From an uncultured Actinomycetota bacterium (lineage in GTDB: Bacteria; Actinomycetota; Actinomycetes; JACCUZ01), in assembly GCA_963789855.1 (NCBI GenBank), contig CAWBMM010000007.1:70842-134841 (forward strand): a stretch of 64,000 nt of DNA. Direction: 5' to 3'. The position numbers and the translations under genes are program-made. The number at the start of each line of letters is the position of its first letter. Position 1 is the stretch's first letter. This document shows, in pieces, positions 58,302 through 64,000 of this stretch. Under the pieces are notes generated by a model. It did not search any database and was not told the origin of the DNA. It was given only the letters and a program-made list of their open reading frames with translations.

Positions 58302-59084
58302 TCAGCCTGGCACCGGTTGCTGGACGATCAGCACCAGGGCCGTGACCAGCAGCAGGCCGCCGACGACGACGATCCCGTAGCGGATCCGGCGCGCCAGGAA
58401 CGTGGTGCCGATCCCGACGAGGAACAGCACGGCGGCGAGGATCACGGTGATGCGGACGTAGTTGTCGGCCACGCTCCCGGACCTTTCGCCGTCCCGTGCC
58501 GTCGCCTCGGCCCGGTGGTCCAGGCGGGCGGCCCGAGCCTTCTCGGGCTCGACGTACTCCGGCATGTACGTCGGCCCTGGTGGCGCGTCCGGGTTCGTCT
58601 CGGGGTTGGTCGCCCGCCAGGCGTCGAACGCGACCGCGAACTCCGGGCGGAACCGGCCCTCGGCGATCCGCATCTTCTCCGGGTCGTCGAGCGTGAAGGC
58701 GATGAACCAGGCGTTGAAGGCGCTCGCGTCGAAGTTCCGGTTCTCCTGTGCGGTGGCCAGCGCCCGGTTGGACTCCGACCGCAGGCTCGAGGCCTCGGCG
58801 AGCTGCAGGCGGGAGTCGGTGCTCCACTTCGCCGCCGAGTAGCCGGCCCATGCCGTCACGATCGTGACCACCGAAAGGAGCACGGCTTCCAGGACCGGGA
58901 TCAGCGACCCCACGTGCGACTCGCCGTGCCCCATCACGTGGTGCCGGTGGCGGTGCAGCTCCTCGGCCGCCTCCGCCGCGGACAGACCTTCAGGCACGTC
59001 AGCTCCCCTCGCGGTCCAGGCGTCGGCACCCGCGCTCTCGCCGCCTGGGCCGACCGTGCCAGCGAGGCCAGCCCCCGGCATCAC
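58302..59084 (-). CDS. DUF4337-like membrane protein
   Basis: His-rich N-terminus 'EELHRHRHHVMGHGESH', a TM, a long helical segment ('AAKWSTDSRLQLAEASSLRSESNRALATAQ'), and two C-terminal TMs. Start uncertain. Confidence 0.5.
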   Translation of the reverse strand: MMPGAGLAGTVGPGGESAGADAWTARGADVPEGLSAAEAAEELHRHRHHVMGHGESHVGSLIPVLEAVLLSVVTIVTAWAGYSAAKWSTDSRLQLAEASSLRSESNRALATAQENRNFDASAFNAWFIAFTLDDPEKMRIAEGRFRPEFAVAFDAWRATNPETNPDAPPGPTYMPEYVEPEKARAARLDHRAEATARDGERSGSVADNYVRITVILAAVLFLVGIGTTFLARRIRYGIVVVGGLLLVTALVLIVQQPVPG

Positions 59085-59133
59085 CCGGGCGGGATGACGT
59101 GGGCGCGGCTGCCGGGGGTGGTTCCGGGGCTGC

Positions 59134-59172
59134 GCGGCGGTGGGGACCGGGGGGAAAGGCCCCCACCGCCGC
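59134..59172. other. 12-bp GC hairpin in divergent intergenic region
   Basis: gcggcggtgggg (15-nt loop) ccccaccgccgc, lying between the DUF4337-like gene and the PAS-LuxR gene. Function unknown. Confidence 0.3.
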
Positions 59173-59300
59173 TGCTGCCATGGTGAGTGCGCCGCCGGTC
59201 GGTGTCTCTGGACACCGCGTCACGACCCGCTGGGCATTGTGTCCGCGTACGCTCCGGGCGACAGCTGACCGCCGCCTCAGCCGACCAAGGAGGGCGTTCC

Positions 59301-60386
59301 GTGCCCGCCAGCTCACGCCTGCTCTCTGCCGTGCCCGACGCCCGGCTGGCTCCGGACTCGGTCGACGAGCTCTTCCAGGACGAGGCGACCACCTCTGATG
59401 TCGTGACCCGGTCCGGCATGGCCGTGATCGAGGTGGACCTGGCCACCCTGCGCATCGTCGCCGTCAGCGACCTGGCGGCAGCGATGGTCGTGGGCGACCG
59501 CCGGGACATCGTGGGGCGCGAGGTCGCGGACTTCGTCGCCGACGAGCCGACCGGCGCGCTGCCCCTGCTCGCCACCGGTCGCCTGGACGGGTTCGAGTCA
59601 CAGCGACGGGTCCGTCGGACCGACGGCGAGGTGATCTCGGCCTACGTGTGGGCGCACGTGCTGGGCGAGGCACGGCCGGCCCGGTACGGCGCCGCCTTCC
59701 TGGTGCCTGACCACCCGGGCGAGCCGGGCTCGCTGCGGGTCGCGGAGGTCGACGCCGACCAGCGGATCATCGGCACCGTCGACGGCCAGTGGCGCATCGA
59801 TCGCATCAGCGCGGAGACCGAGTCCCTCCTGGGCTACCCGGCCGGCCAGCTGGCGGGCGCGGCACTGCTGGCCGCGGTGAGCCCGCACGACGTCCCCGAG
59901 CTGCTCGCCGGGCTCGCCCACGTGCATGCGACCGGACGGACTGCGGTGGTGCGGCTCCGGATCCGGCGGATGGACGGGCAGTGGCTGTGGTGCCGGGCGC
60001 ACCTCGCGGCCATGGGCGAGCCACCACGGTTCGCCTTCACGCTTCGGCCGCTCAGCGGGCCGGACCAGCCGCCGGGCGACCGGGTCATCGAGCTGGAGAG
60101 CCGGCTGGCGCGGATCGCCCACGAGGTCCGGGCCGTCGGGCTCCGGGTCCCGTCCGGCGGCGTCCCCGTGCTGTCCGACCTTCCGGAGCTGGCGACGCTG
60201 ACCAGCCGCGAGTGGGAGACCCTGAGCCTGCTCTCGGACGGCGCGCGGGTGCCCAGCATCGCGGCGACGCTCGGGCTCAGCCAGAGCACCGTCCGCAACC
60301 ACCTCAGCGCGATCTTCCGCAAGATCGAGGTCGGCTCGCAGGCCGAGCTGATGGCGCGGCTCCGGCCGGGCGCGCCGGCCCGCTGA
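59301..60386 (+). CDS. PAS-domain LuxR-family transcriptional regulator
   Basis: GTG 59301 after AAGGAGG. Two PAS-like units ('[19 protein letters not shown]...', '[19 protein letters not shown]...'). C-terminal HTH '[55 protein letters not shown]'. Confidence 0.8.
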   Translation: MPASSRLLSAVPDARLAPDSVDELFQDEATTSDVVTRSGMAVIEVDLATLRIVAVSDLAAAMVVGDRRDIVGREVADFVADEPTGALPLLATGRLDGFESQRRVRRTDGEVISAYVWAHVLGEARPARYGAAFLVPDHPGEPGSLRVAEVDADQRIIGTVDGQWRIDRISAETESLLGYPAGQLAGAALLAAVSPHDVPELLAGLAHVHATGRTAVVRLRIRRMDGQWLWCRAHLAAMGEPPRFAFTLRPLSGPDQPPGDRVIELESRLARIAHEVRAVGLRVPSGGVPVLSDLPELATLTSREWETLSLLSDGARVPSIAATLGLSQSTVRNHLSAIFRKIEVGSQAELMARLRPGAPAR

Positions 60387-60392
60387 ACCGCC

Positions 60393-62365
60393 TCAGACCT
60401 CCGTCGGCGCCGCACCGACGAACTGCGCGTTGTAGAGCGCTGCATAGGCACCGTCGCGGGCCAGCAGGTCGGCGTGGTTGCCCTGCTCGACGATGCGGCC
60501 GTGCTCCATCACGAGGATGAGGTCCGCGTCGCGGATGGTCGACAGCCGGTGGGCGATGACGAAGCTCGTCCGGTCGGAGCGCAGAGCTGCCATCGCCTTC
60601 TGCACGAGCACCTCGGTCCTGGTGTCGACCGAGCTGGTCGCCTCGTCGAGGATGAGCAGCGACGGGGCGGCGAGGAACGCGCGGGCGATCGTGATCAGCT
60701 GACGCTCGCCGGTGCTGAGGTTGCTGCCCTCGTCGTCGATCACCGTGTCGTAGCCGTCGGGCAGCGAGTGCACGAACCGGTCGACGTACGTCGCCCGGGC
60801 GGCGTCGAGGATCTCGTCCTCCCCGGCGCTCGGGCCGGCCGTAGGCGATGTTCTCGCGGATGGTGCCGCCGAACAGCCAGGTGTCCTGCAGCACCATGCC
60901 GATCTCGCCGCGCAGGTCGTCGCGGCTCATGGTCGCGATGTCGACGCCGTCGAGGGTGATGCGTCCCGACCCGAGCTCGTAGAAGCGCATGACGAGGTTC
61001 ACCAGGGTGGTCTTGCCGGCTCCCGTGGGGCCGACGATGGCCACCGAGTGACCGGGCGCCGCCACCAGCGAGAGGTCCTCGATCAGCGGCGTCTCCTCGG
61101 CGTACCGGAACGACACGTGCTCGAACTCGACCCGCCCGCGGGGCTCGTCGACGGTGGCCGGCACGGCCGGGTCGGGCAGCTGCTCGTCCGCGTCGAGCAG
61201 CTCGAAGACCCGCTCTGCCGACGCGACGCCGGACTGCAGCAGGTTGGACATCGAGGCCACCTGGGTCAGCGGCTGGCTGAACTGGCGGGAGTACTGGATG
61301 AACGCCTGCACGTCGCCGAGCGACAGGCTGCCCGACGCCACCTTGCAGGCCGCCGATCACGGCGATGAACACGTAGTTGAGGTTCCCGATGAACATGATC
61401 GCCGGCATGATGATGCCGGACAGGAACTGCGCCCCGAAGCTGGCCTGGTAGAGCTTCTCGTTGCGGTCCCGGAAGACCGTCCTCGGCCTCCTGCTGGTGG
61501 CCGAACACCTTGACCAGAGCGTGCCCGGTGTAGGTCTCCTCGATGTGCGCGTTCAGGTGCCCGGTCTGACCCCACTGCTCGACGAACAGCGGCTGGGACC
61601 GCTTGGCGACCTGGGTGCGTGACGAGGATCGAGAGCGGCACCGACACGAGGGCGATCAGCGCGAGCAGCGGCGAGATGATCACCATCATGGTGAGGACGC
61701 CGACCAGCGTCAGCAACGAGATCAGCAGCTGGCTCATCGTCTGCTGCATCGTCTGCTGGACGTTGTCGATGTCGTTCGTGACCCGGCTCAGCAGCTCGCC
61801 GCGAGGCTTGGTGTCGAAGTAGCTCAGCGGCAGCCGGTGCAGCTTGTCCTCGACGTCGGACCGCATCCGCTGCACCGTCCGCTGCACCACCCCGTTGAGG
61901 ACCCAGCCCTGCAGCAGCATGGTCAGCGACTGAGCCGACGTACAGGAACAGGACGAGCATCAGGGTGCGGCTCAGGGCGTTGAAGTCGATGCCCTGACCG
62001 GGGACGACGGTCATGCCGGACAGCAGGTTGGCGAACCCGTCGTCGCCGCGAGCCCGGGCCGCGTCGATGGCCTGCTGCTGGGTGATGCCCGCGGGCAGCC
62101 GCTGACCGATGACCCCCGCGAAGATGATGTTCGTCGCGTGGCCGAGGATCTTCGGCCCGAGCACGCTGAGCGTCACGCCCACCACGGTGAGTGCCACGAC
62201 GGTGAGCGCGAGCATCCGTTCGGGACGCAGCTGGCCGATCAGCCGCTTGGCGGAGGGCCGGAAGTCCATCGACTTCTCGGCGGGCATCCCGGCGCTCATC
62301 GCCGCCGCCGGACCGTGCATGCGGCCGCCGGCGGGCGGGCGCGGGGGAGCCGCCTGCTGGCTCAT
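60393..62365 (-). pseudogene. ABC exporter, fused permease/ATPase (second gene of pair), five frame breaks
   Basis: ATG 62365 overlaps the upstream stop (ATGA). Six consecutive blocks in rotating frames:
1. 'MSQQAAPP...[11 protein letters not shown]'
2. '[16 protein letters not shown]...SVPLSILVT'
3. '[46 protein letters not shown]'
4. '[44 protein letters not shown]'
5. '[19 protein letters not shown]...[15 protein letters not shown]...ENIAYGRP'
6. '[50 protein letters not shown]...[11 protein letters not shown]...'. Confidence 0.85.
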
Positions 62366-64000
62366 GCCGCCACCTCCGCCGGCAGCTGCGAGCGGACGAT
62401 CTCGGCGTACGTCGGGCAGGACTCGACCAGCTCGGCGTGCCTGCCCACGCCCACCAGTGCGCCGTCGTCGACGACCAGGATCTGGTCGGCGTCGACGATG
62501 CTGGACACCCGCTGGGCGACCATGAGCACCGTCGACTCGCGGGTGATCGGGCCCAGCGCGGCCCGCAGCCGGGCGTCGGTCGCCAGGTCGAGCGCGGAGA
62601 ACGAGTCGTCGAAGAGGTAGATCTCCGGCCGGCGGATCACCGCGCGCGCGATGGCGATGCGCTGTCGCTGGCCGCCGGAGAGGTTGGTGCCGCCCTGGGA
62701 GATCGGCGACTGCAGACCCTCGGGCATGGCTGCCACGAAGTCGTCGGCCTGGGCGATGCGCAACGCGTCCCAGAGCTCGTCGTCGGTGGCGTCCGGCCGG
62801 CCGTAGCGCAGGTTGCTCTCGATGGTTCCGGTGAACAGGTACGCCTTCTGCGGCACGAGTCCGAGCCGGGCGTGCAGCAGGTCGGGGTCCAGCTGGGTCA
62901 CGTCGACGCCGTCCACCAGGACGGTGCCGCCGGTGGCGTCGAAGAGCCGGGGGATCAGGGACAGCAAGGTGGTCTTGCCCGCGCCGGTGCTCCCGATGAT
63001 TGCCGTCGTCTGGCCCGGCAGCGCCCGGAAGCTGATCTCGCGGAGCACCGGGTGGTCGGCGCCCGGGTAGGAGAAGGAGGCGCCGCGCAGCTCGACCGTG
63101 CCGGCGGCCGTGACCGACGTCTGCGGGCTGTCGGGCGGGACCACCGACGAGTCGGTCTCCAGCACCTCGGTCAGCCGCTCGGCGCACACCGCGGCCCGCG
63201 GAACGAGGACCAGCATGAAGGTCGCCATCATGATCGACATCAGGATCTGCATCAGGTAGCTCAGGAACGCCGTGAGCTCGCCCACCTGCATCTCGCCGGC
63301 CGCGACGCGGTGCCCGCCGAACCAGAGCACCGCGACGCTCGACACGTTCAGGACCAGCATCACGGTCGGGAACATGAACGACATCAGCCGACCGACCCGG
63401 ATCGCCGTGTCGGTCAGCTCGCCGTTCGCCTGCCCGAACCGCTGCCGCTCGACCGGCTCGCGGACGAACGCGCGCACCACCCGGATGCCGGTGATCTGCT
63501 CGCGGAGCACCCGGTTCACCACGTCGATGCGCTTCTGCATCTGGCGGAACTGCGGGATCATCTGCGACACGATCACGGCGATGGCGGCGACCAGGACGGT
63601 CACGCTGACCACGATCAGCCAGGACAGCCCGAGGTCCTCGCGCAGCGCCATGATGATGCCGCCGACGCACATGATCGGTGCCGACACCATCAGCGTGCAG
63701 GTGAGCAGCACGAGCATCTGCACCTGCTGCACGTCGTTGGTCGTGCGGGTGATGAGCGACGGGGCGCCGAACTGCGTCACCTCGCGGGCCGAGAAGGACC
63801 CGACCCGGTGGAAGACCGCGGCCCGCGTGTCGCGGCCGAACCCCATCGCGGTGCGCGCGCCGAAGTAGACAGCGGCGATCGAGCAGATGATCTGCACGAA
63901 GGTCACCGCCAGCATCACCGCGCCGACCTCGAGGATGTAGCTCGTGTCGGCCTTGGCCACGCCGTTGTCGATGATGTCGGCGTTGAGGCTGGGCAGGTAC
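62362..64000 (-). CDS. ABC exporter, fused permease/ATPase (first gene of pair), 5' end outside window
   Basis: The frame is open to the right edge ('...YLPSLNADIIDNGVAKADTSYILEVG...'). Uninterrupted. '[15 protein letters not shown]', 'LSGGQRQRIAIARA', 'IYLFDDSFSALD'. Confidence 0.85.
   Translation of the reverse strand, partial: YLPSLNADIIDNGVAKADTSYILEVGAVMLAVTFVQIICSIAAVYFGARTAMGFGRDTRAAVFHRVGSFSAREVTQFGAPSLITRTTNDVQQVQMLVLLTCTLMVSAPIMCVGGIIMALREDLGLSWLIVVSVTVLVAAIAVIVSQMIPQFRQMQKRIDVVNRVLREQITGIRVVRAFVREPVERQRFGQANGELTDTAIRVGRLMSFMFPTVMLVLNVSSVAVLWFGGHRVAAGEMQVGELTAFLSYLMQILMSIMMATFMLVLVPRAAVCAERLTEVLETDSSVVPPDSPQTSVTAAGTVELRGASFSYPGADHPVLREISFRALPGQTTAIIGSTGAGKTTLLSLIPRLFDATGGTVLVDGVDVTQLDPDLLHARLGLVPQKAYLFTGTIESNLRYGRPDATDDELWDALRIAQADDFVAAMPEGLQSPISQGGTNLSGGQRQRIAIARAVIRRPEIYLFDDSFSALDLATDARLRAALGPITRESTVLMVAQRVSSIVDADQILVVDDGALVGVGRHAELVESCPTYAEIVRSQLPAEVAA

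Noticed and set aside
1-64000. tRNA/rRNA genes, CRISPR arrays, long tandem or inverted repeats, transposases, integrases, prophage genes.
   Set aside because: None recognised on either strand by visual scanning. The only repeats seen are short GC hairpins, codon-level low-complexity runs (for example the poly-Pro run near 40951-40985) and a 7-nt tandem 'gaccgcc' x2 at 20217-20230.

Overview
Very GC-rich, actinobacterial-type chromosomal window with about 55 tightly packed protein-coding genes on both strands. Many share 4-nt start/stop overlaps (ATGA/GTGA). I recognised no rRNA, tRNA, CRISPR array, transposase or integrase.

Gene content, left to right:
- YcaQ-like wHTH protein, SGNH hydrolase, GAF-LuxR regulator, HtrA-like protease, GDPD-like protein, SNF2 helicase.
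- ECF sigma / anti-sigma / beta-propeller lipoprotein.
- GGDEF-EAL protein coupled to a CelD-like GNAT.
- DUF2252 plus a PLDc_N/SHOCT membrane protein, then DUF1622.
- Respiratory nitrate reductase block: moeA-narI-narJ-narH-narG-regulator-narK, all on the minus strand.
- Hemerythrin-methyltransferase ORF, cupin, META lipoprotein, cyclase, LysE.
- Ion-transport cluster: NhaA, ArsB/NhaD-type permease, CBS, CPA1.
- AI-2E permease, DUF6325-SHOCT, Abhydrolase_9, CPBP protease.
- A second PLDc_N/SHOCT-DUF2252 pair, here led by a K+ channel.
- SRPBCC, WS/DGAT, alpha/beta hydrolase, tandem USP, DUF1876.
- Adenylate-cyclase/STAND/TPR protein, DUF4389, O-antigen-ligase-like protein, PAS-LuxR regulator, two ABC exporter genes.

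The strongest sequence-level signal is that many reading frames are broken by 1-nt indels, mostly surplus bases. These are extremely concentrated in narGHJI (dozens) and in one ABC gene (five). About a dozen other genes carry one or two, and roughly 14 kb (46.4-60.8 kb) carries none. I cannot tell from the sequence whether this is real gene decay or a consensus artefact.

The best candidate for undescribed biology is the twice-occurring DUF2252 + PLDc_N/SHOCT module. One copy is translationally coupled to a K+ channel, and both sit in a hypoxia/dormancy-like gene set. All family names come from motifs I recognised by eye; no searches were run.
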